63,149 nt of DNA from the NCBI GenBank assembly GCA_964545795.1, contig CAZJGC010000001.1, forward strand, positions 72,585 through 135,733, given 5' to 3'. The notes beneath the pieces were generated by a model that was not told where the DNA came from, ran no database searches, and saw only the letters and a program-made list of their open reading frames with translations. Position numbers and translations under genes: made by a program. Origin of the DNA: an uncultured archaeon. Its GTDB lineage: Archaea; Aenigmatarchaeota; Aenigmatarchaeia; Aenigmatarchaeales; DAIDAN01. Below are positions 19,629 to 27,848 of this stretch, one piece after another (within the stretch, counting starts at the first letter, position 1; each line of letters begins with the position of its first letter).

Positions 19629-20117
19629 TCAGGATTTCTGGTTCTCTTTATTTTTCTCTTCTTTATCTTCCTCTTTCACTTCAGACTCATCTTTTAATTC
19701 TTTCTTCTCCTGCTGTTTTATACCCATTTCCTCCTCATAAGCCTTCTTCTTTCTTTCCTTCCTCTCTTCCTTCTTTTTCTTTTCTTTCTCTTTCTCCTTC
19801 TCCAGTTTCTTTTTTATTTCATCAGCAGAAGGTTTCTTTATATCAACGCCAACGAGTTCAGAAAAAACAATATCCCTGTCATCTATTTTTTCCTTTACAG
19901 CATGCACTCTAACTCTTCTCGGAGGCTTTTGTATTCCGCGCGCCCACACTGATTCGTTTATGCTTGCTCCAATTCTAACCTCGCCTTTCATATGCCTTTC
20001 CAGAAATTGCCTTATTATTTCAATAGCCTTTTTCGCTCTTTTTGTGCGCTCTTTTAGAAATGCCTTTCTTAAAGGCACAGTGAAAACTCTTTCTTCACCG
20101 TATTTAACCGCAACCAT
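19629..20117 (-). CDS. rpl31e: 50S ribosomal protein L31e with long Lys/Glu-rich C-terminal extension
   Basis: MVAVKYGEERVFTVPLRKAF...VWARGIQKPPRRVRV is the L31e core. It is followed by about 70 residues rich in K/E. Confidence 0.85.
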   Translation of the reverse strand: MVAVKYGEERVFTVPLRKAFLKERTKRAKKAIEIIRQFLERHMKGEVRIGASINESVWARGIQKPPRRVRVHAVKEKIDDRDIVFSELVGVDIKKPSADEIKKKLEKEKEKEKKKKEERKERKKKAYEEEMGIKQQEKKELKDESEVKEEDKEEKNKENQKS

Positions 20118-20122
20118 GAAAA

Positions 20123-20284
20123 TCACTTTTTAAGTCTTCCTCTTCTCCAGAAATGCCTGACTGAATAAATCCTTCTTGTTCTGGCTCTTTTTCCATGCTT
20201 CTTAAGATCAGCCCATCTAGGAACTCCCGCCTTCTTACTGGCTGATATCAACCTTAATTTTCTTGCTAAATATTTTATTGGCAT
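20123..20284 (-). CDS. rpl39e: 50S ribosomal protein L39e (not in ORF track, 53 aa)
   Basis: Own translation: MPIKYLARKLRLISASKKAGVPRWADLKKHGKRARTRRIYSVRHFWRRGRLKK*. It lies immediately upstream of rpl31e, the usual archaeal order. Confidence 0.85.
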   Translation of the reverse strand: MPIKYLARKLRLISASKKAGVPRWADLKKHGKRARTRRIYSVRHFWRRGRLKK

Positions 20285-20318
20285 ACAAATCAATTATTGC
20301 GAAGTTATTTAAATATAA

Positions 20319-20420
20319 TGGTGCGCCGTGCGAGATTTGAAAACGCGGAAAACCACTCGCGTCGCAAGCTGTCTGCTTTTTATTGGCAAGCTTGTATCCT
20401 AACCACTAGACTAACGGCGC
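20319..20420 (-). tRNA. tRNA-Gly (anticodon GCC), encoded CCA, two short introns (13 nt at 37/38, 20371-20383; 14 nt at the T-stem/T-loop junction, 20342-20355)
   Basis: Acceptor GCGCCGU/ACGGCGC. Anticodon arm CAAGC-UUGCCA|A-GCUUG. T arm GCGAG-UUCAAAU-CUCGC forms only after removing UGGUUUUCCGCGUU. The mature length is 75. Confidence 0.8.
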
Positions 20421-20461
20421 ATCTAATAGATTATTTCATTCAACAACATATAAATTTTTAT

Positions 20462-20594
20462 TGGCGCCGAGGGCAGGATTTGAATGCAGAGATTTTCTTC
20501 TTTTCATGAAAAAAACTTACCTGCACGAGCAAAGCTCACCAGTTGCCTCTTACCTCTCGAGACTGGCGCATTAACCTGGTTCTGCCACCCCGGC
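20462..20594 (-). tRNA. tRNA-Ser (anticodon CGA), encoded CCA, two introns (11 nt at 37/38, 20545-20555; 35 nt at the T-stem/T-loop junction, 20485-20519)
   Basis: Acceptor GCCGGGG/CCUCGGC. Anticodon arm CCAGU-CUCGAG|A-ACUGG. Long variable arm GAGC-UUU-GCUC. T arm GCAGG-UUCAAAU-CCUGC forms after removing UAAG...CUGCA. The mature length is 87. Confidence 0.8.
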
Positions 20595-20777
20595 TTATTA
20601 AAAAGTTATTCTTTAACTTATTAAAAATTGCCCTGCATGTCTATTGACTTTCAGAATAATCTTTTACTACCTGCAAATCATAACTATACTGAAATATATG
20701 TTATAAAGAATATATCATAAAAGATATAAAAATTTAAATATATTAAATTTTGATATATAAAAGTACTGACATAAAAG

Positions 20778-20985
20778 GACATTTCGGTTGCTCTGGAAAG
20801 AGTGTCCCATAACAGCCTCTGGCAAACATCCAACAAGTAATATGATGACTGGACTATAACTCATCATATGAAGCCTGTGTTTGTTTAAGCTTGCTTATGG
20901 GGCGAAGGAAAATCTCTAAAGCACGCGGATAGGTTAGGATTTGGGTCTGCGAATGCTTGAGAATTTCCTTCACCGAGTCCAGTTT
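20778..20985 (+). ncRNA. Candidate structured ncRNA or cis-regulatory leader, class unresolved (copy 1)
   Basis: A GC-enriched island in AT-rich surroundings. A TTTAAATA box lies at 20733-20740, about 40 bp upstream. Nested helices: GGACA...UGUCC enclosing CUCU-GGAA-AGAG; AUAUGAUGA...UCAUCAUAU (9 bp); GAAGGAAAAUCUC...GAGAAUUUCCUUC (13 bp, 1 mismatch) enclosing AAGCA/UGCUU and CGC/GCG. It ends at a U-tract. Confidence 0.4.
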
Positions 20986-21110
20986 TAATTTGCAAAGGTG
21001 CAAAAAATGGCAGTTAAAAAAAGAAACGTCAAATTATAAAGAATATATCATAAAAGATATAAAAATTTAAATATATTAAATTTTGATATATAAAAGTACT
21101 GACATAAAAG

Positions 21111-21318
21111 GACATTTCGGTTGCTCTGGAAAGAGTGTCCCATAACAGCCTCTGGCAAACATCCAACAAGTAATATGATGACTGGACTATAACTCATCAT
21201 ATGAAGCCTGTGTTTGTTTAAGCTTGCTTATGGGGCGAAGGAAAATCTCTAAAGCACGCGGATAGGTTAGGATTTGGGTCTGCGAATGCTTGAGAATTTC
21301 CTTCACCGAGTCCAGTTT
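21111..21318 (+). ncRNA. Candidate structured ncRNA or leader (copy 2, identical), directly upstream of the small basic protein gene
   Basis: Same sequence as 20778-20985, shifted by 333 bp. Confidence 0.4.
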
Positions 21319-21339
21319 TAATTTGCAAAGGTGCAAAAA

Positions 21340-21525
21340 ATGGCAGTTAAAAAAAGAAACGTCAAAAGAAGTTGCGCAAGAAGAACTTGCAGGAAAACGA
21401 ATATAAAGACCAAAACTTCTAAAACAAGAAAATCCGCAAAAAAAGGAAGAACGGCTTCTAAAAAAAGCAAAATTTCTAAAGTCAAAAAATTGATAAAACT
21501 TGCAAAATCAAGACTTAGAAAATAA
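21340..21525 (+). CDS. Very basic small protein (about half Lys/Arg), unknown function
   Basis: MAVKKRNVKRSCARRTCRKTNIKTKTSKTRKSAKKGRTASKKSKISKVKKLIKLAKSRLRK. Its first 9 codons are also present, truncated, at 21007 in duplication copy 1. Confidence 0.5.
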   Translation: MAVKKRNVKRSCARRTCRKTNIKTKTSKTRKSAKKGRTASKKSKISKVKKLIKLAKSRLRK

Positions 21526-21536
21526 GCGTGTTATAA

Positions 21537-21827
21537 ATGGACAATGAAAAGATTTTATTATACGGCTTTATTGTTTTCGCTGTCGCAATTTTGCTTTGGT
21601 CAGGAACCAGTGCACTCATTCCTTTGCAGAAAAACCAGCAGAATTATGATTATTACAATCAAAAAAATAACGGCGGTTGCGGAGACCTGAATGATATAGG
21701 CAACATTCAACACTTAAGTCATCATCCGAAACAATATGCTGATTGCATAAAGCAGGTTTCTCCTGATATGTTTAAGAAAGCTGTTGGAATTAGCAAAGAT
21801 ATTTTTATGCAGCAAAACGGAATATGA
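21537..21827 (+). CDS. Membrane-anchored hypothetical protein
   Basis: One N-terminal TM helix. No motif. Confidence 0.4.
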   Translation: MDNEKILLYGFIVFAVAILLWSGTSALIPLQKNQQNYDYYNQKNNGGCGDLNDIGNIQHLSHHPKQYADCIKQVSPDMFKKAVGISKDIFMQQNGI

Positions 21828-21832
21828 AAAAT

Positions 21833-22567
21833 CTATCCATATTTTTCAATTTTTCTTTTTGCAGACAATATATACCTATCAGTTTTTTGAACCTTTATAA
21901 CAAAGTCATCGGCTTTTCTTTCTTCTATGCCAATTTCTCTTCCAAAATTCTTAAAAAATGCAAACGGGGAAAATCTTAACATAAATGCTGAAATCTTATA
22001 TAGAGAAGACCTGAATTTAATATGCGCAAGTTCGTGCAAAAGCACTGCTTCAAACTCTTTTTTGCTGAGTAATTTGTATAATTTATCAGAGAAAAATATT
22101 GCAGATTTAAAACTTGCAAAAGAAAAAGCAACAGGCTTGTTGCTATTGAAAATATAAACATTAGGAGGTTTTATTTCAAAAGATTTGCAGCATTTTTTTA
22201 TAAAATCAAGAACCTCGCCTGAATTTACTCTTATTCCCGCCCTCATAAAAATAAAAGGCAAAATTATCAATGCAAAAATATTTGCAAAAAGTATGCTAAG
22301 CGGAATTGAATATAATAACATTGCCGTGAAGGAAACATCGCAATTTGCACCGCAATTCATGGTTATAATAAAGAACATTAAAGGAAAGAATAGCGCTGTA
22401 AGATGAGCATATACAAACAAAATCTTAAATTTGGCATGCAAACTGCTTTTTAGTTTAATAAACAAGCCAAAAGATATTCCAAGAGACACCAAGGTTATGA
22501 AAATTTTAATTGGATTTTCAATAAACTTCAGCAAACATATAAAATAATGTTCAAACAATTTTATCAT
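21833..22567 (-). CDS. BlaR1-like M56 family membrane peptidase (sensor-transducer)
   Basis: Four N-terminal TM helices followed by the HELAHIK zinc motif. It overlaps the BlaI-like gene by 4 bp. Confidence 0.65.
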   Translation of the reverse strand: MIKLFEHYFICLLKFIENPIKIFITLVSLGISFGLFIKLKSSLHAKFKILFVYAHLTALFFPLMFFIITMNCGANCDVSFTAMLLYSIPLSILFANIFALIILPFIFMRAGIRVNSGEVLDFIKKCCKSFEIKPPNVYIFNSNKPVAFSFASFKSAIFFSDKLYKLLSKKEFEAVLLHELAHIKFRSSLYKISAFMLRFSPFAFFKNFGREIGIEERKADDFVIKVQKTDRYILSAKRKIEKYG

Positions 22568-22944
22568 CTCGTTTTTTTCTTTCCAATCTTTTCATTAAAA
22601 TAATTAACTGCAAGTGAGCCAAACCTTTCAATCAATTTATCAACAGCGGTTTTTACTATCATCTCTTCAAAATCAGTTTTTGTTATAGCAGAATATATAT
22701 AATGTTTTCCTCCTCTTCCTGTTTCGGCTCTTCTGCTTACTATTTTCTTTTTGTAAAGCCTTTCAAGAATAACAGCAACGCTTGACAATGCAACCTTTTT
22801 TCCTTTTTTAACAAGGATACCATATATCTCACGCGCAGTCATCTTCTTCCGTCTATTTGACCATAATATGCATAGAACATCATGTTCAAGCGGGCTTAGA
22901 ATTCCTGCATTTTTATCTGCAAGATTTAACTTCTTTATGCGCAT
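22564..22944 (-). CDS. BlaI/MecI/CopY family winged-helix repressor
   Basis: LSPLEHDVLCILWSNRRKKMTAREIYGIL...SSVAVILERLYKKKIVSR is the typical penicillinase-repressor fold signature. There is no C-terminal Cys cluster. Confidence 0.75.
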   Translation of the reverse strand: MRIKKLNLADKNAGILSPLEHDVLCILWSNRRKKMTAREIYGILVKKGKKVALSSVAVILERLYKKKIVSRRAETGRGGKHYIYSAITKTDFEEMIVKTAVDKLIERFGSLAVNYFNEKIGKKKTR

Positions 22945-23032
22945 ATAAGTTTAATTATTTTTCCTGCTTAAAAAGATTAAAAAATATTGGCATGCTAACC
23001 AATTATTTAAATTTAAAGAAACATTTTAAAAT

Positions 23033-24256
23033 ATGGGAGCATTAATCAAAGAAAACAGCAATATTCTAAAATTCTATGTGCTTTTTGACGAGCAAAAAAA
23101 GATTGCAAATGAAAATAGAGATTTTGACTTACTTGTAGGACTGGGAGATATAGAAATTGACAAAATAGGAAATGTAAGAATTAACAAATGCTATGGAAAT
23201 GTAAAAATTTTCAACTCCAAAGGAAACGCCAAAATAAACAAAGTAAAAAATCTATATATTTTAAAAATACTCGGAGATGCGGAAATAGAAAATGCAAATT
23301 ACGCAGAAATAGGCATGGGCAGGAATATAAACATAAAGGAAGCAGAAAATGTATATATAAGAAAAGGAAAAAATGTCAAGATTGCAAAATCCAAATCAGC
23401 AACAGTTGTTGAAGCTTATTCTGCATACTTAAACCAAATACAACAAAGCGCATATATAGGAACAGCAAAACGAGATGCTGAAATAAAAAAATCTGAAACT
23501 GGGAAAATTATAGAGACAGGACATGACGCAAAAATTGAAAACACGAACCGTGCAAAAATTTTTGACGCAAAAAATCGCGCTGTCATAAAAAACTCAGGGG
23601 ATGCAGAAATAATTAAAGCAAAATATGCGGAAATTCACAAGTCTGATAACGCAAAAATTTCAATGTCTGACAAAGATGCTGAGATTAAATATACGAAAAA
23701 AGATGCTGAGATTATTTATGCAGGCAGAAACGCCAAAATTTACGAAACAAAAAATAACGCTCATATAGAAAAAGCAAAAACCGCAAAAATTTTTAATACG
23801 GGAAACTATGCTTCAATAGAAGGTGCAGAAAAAGCCTTTATATTAGATGCAAAAAATGCCGAAATTTGCAATGCAGAAAAAATTGCATATATTGGCGAAG
23901 CAAAAGAAAATGCATTTATTAAAAATTCAGTTGTTGCAAAAATAGAAAACTCAAAAAATGCTTTGATTGCAAATGCAAATTTTGCAGAAATAGAAAACTC
24001 AGAAAACGCATGCATTGAGAAGGCAGAATATGCAACAATTGAAAATACGGCAAGATTAAATTCAAAAAAATTATACCCTTCCTGCTTTAAACGCCTGAGA
24101 ATAAAAAACATAGGAAAATTTGACGGCGACTGGGTATTTGCAGGAGATTTTTCAGCAGAAAAAATACCAAGGGAATTAAGAAATGTCCTAAATGCAAGCA
24201 AAACGCTTTCCGACTTAAACAATTATATAGAAGCTGTTCATAAAGGGGTTTTGTAA
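23033..24256 (+). CDS. Repeat protein with more than 25 tandem 8-9-residue A-x-I repeats (possible beta-solenoid)
   Basis: Repeats such as AKIENTNR, AKIFDAKNR, AVIKNSGD, AEIIKAKY and AEIHKSDN run almost the whole length. The non-repetitive C-terminal tail is about 70 aa. Confidence 0.6.
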   Translation: MGALIKENSNILKFYVLFDEQKKIANENRDFDLLVGLGDIEIDKIGNVRINKCYGNVKIFNSKGNAKINKVKNLYILKILGDAEIENANYAEIGMGRNINIKEAENVYIRKGKNVKIAKSKSATVVEAYSAYLNQIQQSAYIGTAKRDAEIKKSETGKIIETGHDAKIENTNRAKIFDAKNRAVIKNSGDAEIIKAKYAEIHKSDNAKISMSDKDAEIKYTKKDAEIIYAGRNAKIYETKNNAHIEKAKTAKIFNTGNYASIEGAEKAFILDAKNAEICNAEKIAYIGEAKENAFIKNSVVAKIENSKNALIANANFAEIENSENACIEKAEYATIENTARLNSKKLYPSCFKRLRIKNIGKFDGDWVFAGDFSAEKIPRELRNVLNASKTLSDLNNYIEAVHKGVL

Positions 24257-24353
24257 AAAGTTTCCAGAAGCAATGCAAAACTTTAAATACTAGTTAGTTT
24301 AATAAAACTTTACAAGTTTTGTAATACTTAAAAAAATTGAATGGTTATGCATT

Positions 24354-25070
24354 ATGTCAAAACATAAAACAAAACACAGTGAAGCTTCTCACGCAGAACA
24401 TAAAGAAAAACCAAAGGAAAAGAACAGAATCTTTATTCTTACTTCGCTTATTATTCTTCTGGCATTGTTTGTAATTGCAAACCAAATCATGATAAATGAT
24501 ATTGCCGCCAAAGCAGGATTAACACAATCTTCAGCGTCATCAAGTCCTGCCGCTTTAACTGAACTGGAAAATCAAATTATGCCCAAAGGTGTTCCTGCTA
24601 TTTATGGAAAAGAAATAGGCGTTAGTTTTGATGATGTAAAAGCAAGCAACCCTCAACTGGCAGACGAAACAATAGCAAAACTCAGCAAGTTTGACAAAAC
24701 AATAACATTAACAGGAGACAAATTGAAGCGCTACATTAAAATTGCATCGCAAATAAGTTGCGAATATTGCTGCGGTGCAAAAGCATTAATATTTAGCAAT
24801 GGTCAGCCAGCATGCGGCTGCGCACACTCATATGCAATGCGCGGACTTGCAAAATATCTGATTGACAGGCATGGAAATGAATATACGGATGACCAGATAC
24901 TTGAAGAGTTAGGCAAATGGAAAACCCTCTTTTTCCCTGGAAACATACTTGCCAAAGCAAAAATACTAAAAGACAAAGGCATAGAATTAAATTATATTAA
25001 TCTGGCCTCAAATAAATACAGAGGCATAGAAAGAGGAGCAACCGCCGGCACTATGGTTGGCGGCTGTTAA
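24354..25070 (+). CDS. Membrane-anchored Cys-rich protein (PCYCGC-like motif), C-terminus MVGGC
   Basis: N-terminal TM helix. Contains SCEYCCGAKALIFSNGQPACGCAHSYAMRG. Ends ...GATAGTMVGGC*. Confidence 0.5.
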   Translation: MSKHKTKHSEASHAEHKEKPKEKNRIFILTSLIILLALFVIANQIMINDIAAKAGLTQSSASSSPAALTELENQIMPKGVPAIYGKEIGVSFDDVKASNPQLADETIAKLSKFDKTITLTGDKLKRYIKIASQISCEYCCGAKALIFSNGQPACGCAHSYAMRGLAKYLIDRHGNEYTDDQILEELGKWKTLFFPGNILAKAKILKDKGIELNYINLASNKYRGIERGATAGTMVGGC

Positions 25071-25094
25071 AATAAAATTTTATGGGGTGTTTGA

Positions 25095-25286
25095 ATGAAT
25101 TTAGAAAAACTGCTATTGGGCATATTGATTATTCTTGTAATTGTATCTGTATTCCAGACAGTTCAGTTGGCTGGATTGAAAGCAAATATTGAAAAAGCAG
25201 ACATTACCTCATTATCTTCCACTCCTGCAGGAGCAGGTCAATCAACACCTGTTAGTTCTGGAGCGGGCATGGTTGGAGGCTGTTAA
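25095..25286 (+). CDS. Small membrane-anchored protein, C-terminus MVGGC
   Basis: TM helix followed by a Ser/Thr/Pro/Gly-rich linker. Ends ...SSGAGMVGGC*. Confidence 0.45.
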   Translation: MNLEKLLLGILIILVIVSVFQTVQLAGLKANIEKADITSLSSTPAGAGQSTPVSSGAGMVGGC

Positions 25287-25294
25287 AATCAGTG

Positions 25295-26122
25295 ATGTTC
25301 ATGAGCAGGCACAAAGAAAGAGTTTCACGGCATGAGAAAAAAACAACTATTGCTTATCTTGTGCCTGTTTCCATAGCTTTGCTGTTAATAATTGCACTAA
25401 ATGCAATTATTGTTTTTCAGATAAACGGCACATTGGACAAAAAAATAAAGGACTACGAAGAATTAACAAGACCTGCCAAACTCTTAATAACAACAATTAC
25501 CGCGGATTGCGCTGACTGTTTTGATGTTTCAAGCATAATAAGAGCAATAAAAACTCTCAATGTTGAAGTTGACGAAAAGTCTGTTGACTTAAGCAATGCA
25601 AAAGAACTTATAGAAAAATACAACATAAAGAAAGTTCCAACCATTATTATATCAGGGGAAGTTGAAAAATCCGGATTAATAAAACTCTGGACAAGTTTAG
25701 GCACTCTGGAATCTGACGGTTCTCTTGTGCTGCGCACAGGCTCGCCATTTGTCAATATTTCAACAGGAAAAGTTTACGGAAGAGTGGAATTAATCTATCT
25801 TAACTATTCACTATGCCAAAATTGTTATGATGTGACTGAACATAAAAATATCCTAAGAAACCTTGGTTTGGTAATTACAAAAGAAAAAAACGTTGAAGCA
25901 AACACAGATGAAGGCAAAGCCCTTATAGAGAAATACAATATTACCAAAGTGCCTACTGTTTTGTTGTCCCCTGATGCAAAGTACTATATCACAGTGCAAT
26001 CAATATGGAACAGAGTAGGAACTATAGAAAGTGATGGATGGCATGTATTCCGCAACATGAATGCACTGAGAAATGTTACCTACTTTGACCTCTTGGCAAA
26101 TACTACAAAATCCGGAAAGTGA
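25295..26122 (+). CDS. Membrane-anchored protein with two thioredoxin-fold-like halves, each with CxxC
   Basis: Contains CADC...KYNIKKVPTIIISG and CQNC...KYNITKVPTVLLS (cis-Pro-type VPT motif), preceded by one TM helix. Confidence 0.6.
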   Translation: MFMSRHKERVSRHEKKTTIAYLVPVSIALLLIIALNAIIVFQINGTLDKKIKDYEELTRPAKLLITTITADCADCFDVSSIIRAIKTLNVEVDEKSVDLSNAKELIEKYNIKKVPTIIISGEVEKSGLIKLWTSLGTLESDGSLVLRTGSPFVNISTGKVYGRVELIYLNYSLCQNCYDVTEHKNILRNLGLVITKEKNVEANTDEGKALIEKYNITKVPTVLLSPDAKYYITVQSIWNRVGTIESDGWHVFRNMNALRNVTYFDLLANTTKSGK

Positions 26123-26128
26123 TAAGAA

Positions 26129-26398
26129 ATGGCTCTTTGTCATCTTGCCGCGGGAGAGATATTTCTGTTAATTTTGCTAAGAAGCATAGGCATGCCTGAT
26201 GTAATAAGTTTTACTCTTTTTGGAATGATTGTTATAACTATTGCATATTGGCTTGACGGTATAATAAGCAACAAAGGAATAACACTATTTGGAAAAGCGC
26301 TGATCAAAAAACAGAAGCGCAAATACCAGAAAATCATGCTTGTTGGCATTTGTTTCATAATAACAATTATAGCTTATTGGTTGTTAAGCATAATTTAG
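26129..26398 (+). CDS. Small membrane protein (paralog pair, member 1)
   Basis: Hydrophobic. Similar layout to the next ORF (...IAYWL.../...YWVF...). Confidence 0.4.
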   Translation: MALCHLAAGEIFLLILLRSIGMPDVISFTLFGMIVITIAYWLDGIISNKGITLFGKALIKKQKRKYQKIMLVGICFIITIIAYWLLSII

Positions 26399-26402
26399 GT
26401 GT

Positions 26403-26648
26403 TTGACAATGGCTACATTATATGTTCTTGCTGTTATTGAAACAATTGGCTTGTTGCTGGCAAAGTTTTTAGGATTTAACAATGAAGCAATAATTTATAC
26501 TATTGTGGGAATGATGATAGTAACTTTTGGCTATATTATTGAAAACCTGCTTGCAGACAAAAAAACTTTTCCTCACAGAAGAAAAATAATTGTTCTTGCA
26601 ATATTTGGATTGGTTTTATTAGTTTACTGGGTTTTTAATTTCATCTAA
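26403..26648 (+). CDS. Small membrane protein (paralog pair, member 2)
   Basis: Hydrophobic. Same topology pattern as 26129-26398. Confidence 0.4.
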   Translation: MTMATLYVLAVIETIGLLLAKFLGFNNEAIIYTIVGMMIVTFGYIIENLLADKKTFPHRRKIIVLAIFGLVLLVYWVFNFI

Positions 26649-27679
26649 ACTTCTCTGTTAACAACAAAGTCTATTGCAATTCTTATTATTTTCTTTGCGT
26701 CTGTTTCAGGCAAGTCCTTAAAATTTCTGTCAAATATTTCCTTTGACTGCTTGGCAAACTCTCTTGCTTTTGCTTTTGCATAATCAATGCTTCCATACTT
26801 CTTCATAAGATTGATTACATAAGAAATATCATCTTTTGTTTTATCCTCTCTCTTTTTTGAATAGATTCTAACTACTTTCTCCTTCTCTTCTTCAGTGCAG
26901 TTCCTTAATAAATGTATCAATATAAGCGTTCTTTTGCCTTCCAGAATATCTCCTCCTATCTCCTTTCCATACTTTTCATATTCACCGCTCAGGTTTAGAG
27001 TATCATCTGTGATTTGAAATGCCCTGCCAAAAGGTATTCCAAACTCTTCTATCTTTTTTATTACATCATCTGACACTCCTGCAACTATGGCGCCTAACTG
27101 TATCGGCCCGGAAATTGTATACAATCCTGCTTTTGCATCAATCATTTTATAGTATTCCTCTTCGCTTATGTCTATTTTGTTGTCATGTATCCAGCTGCAC
27201 TCAAGATACTGCCCTTCGCAGGTTACAAGAAAAATGTCATAAAACTTATCAAATATTCTGAATCCTGTTTCATTCCCAAGTAATTTTATATTGTCACCAA
27301 TAATTCTCCACATTATTAGATGAAGAGCATCGCCTGCATTTATTGCAAGTTCTTTTCCATACATTTTATGCAGGCATGGCTTGCCTCTTCTTTCATCTGA
27401 ATCATCTTCTACATCATCATGTATTAACAGCCATTCTTCTGATACCTGCATTGCAGCAGCAGTTAACAATGCTTTAGCCGGGTCTCCGCCGAATGCCTCG
27501 CAACTTAAAAGAACTAAACTTGGCCTTACATATTTTCCTCTTCTTTCAGGGTACTCTCTTATCATTTTGTAATGACCCTTGGGTTCCTTGTCAGGAAGAT
27601 ATTTCTGAATCTCTTTCCAGACAATTTCCCTTTTTATTTTTAAAACACTCATAAAATCTATTGCATCCAGAATAATCAC
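26645..27679 (-). CDS. idsA: Polyprenyl (geranylgeranyl) diphosphate synthase
   Basis: First Asp-rich motif LIHDDVEDDSDERRG and second FQITDDTLN. Confidence 0.85.
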   Translation of the reverse strand: MIILDAIDFMSVLKIKREIVWKEIQKYLPDKEPKGHYKMIREYPERRGKYVRPSLVLLSCEAFGGDPAKALLTAAAMQVSEEWLLIHDDVEDDSDERRGKPCLHKMYGKELAINAGDALHLIMWRIIGDNIKLLGNETGFRIFDKFYDIFLVTCEGQYLECSWIHDNKIDISEEEYYKMIDAKAGLYTISGPIQLGAIVAGVSDDVIKKIEEFGIPFGRAFQITDDTLNLSGEYEKYGKEIGGDILEGKRTLILIHLLRNCTEEEKEKVVRIYSKKREDKTKDDISYVINLMKKYGSIDYAKAKAREFAKQSKEIFDRNFKDLPETDAKKIIRIAIDFVVNREV

Positions 27680-27848
27680 CTTTTCTTATTTTTATTTGCT
27701 GAATATTTATATTTATGTATAAGGGTACGACAATTTTTTATGATTTTAGTTATACTTTTAACAAAATCTGAAGAATTACTGAAACTTTTACAATAAAAAT
27801 CAATTAAAATCCAACAATCTTTATATATAATCTCCTGCAATTATAGTT

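Larger units (their letters stand above)
20701..21366. repeat. Perfect tandem direct duplication, 2 x 333 bp (20701-21033 and 21034-21366)
   Basis: A line-by-line comparison found no mismatch. The unit runs from TTATAAAGAATATATC... to ...AAGAAACGTCAAA. Confidence 0.9.

Noticed and set aside
20778-20985. Assigning the duplicated structured element to SRP (7S) RNA
   Set aside because: I could not find the helix 8 signature (GNAR loop flanked by the conserved AGCA/GGUCA-type internal loops) or an Alu-domain-like 5' end. At about 200 nt it is also shorter than the ~300 nt archaeal SRP RNA I recall. It is left unclassified.
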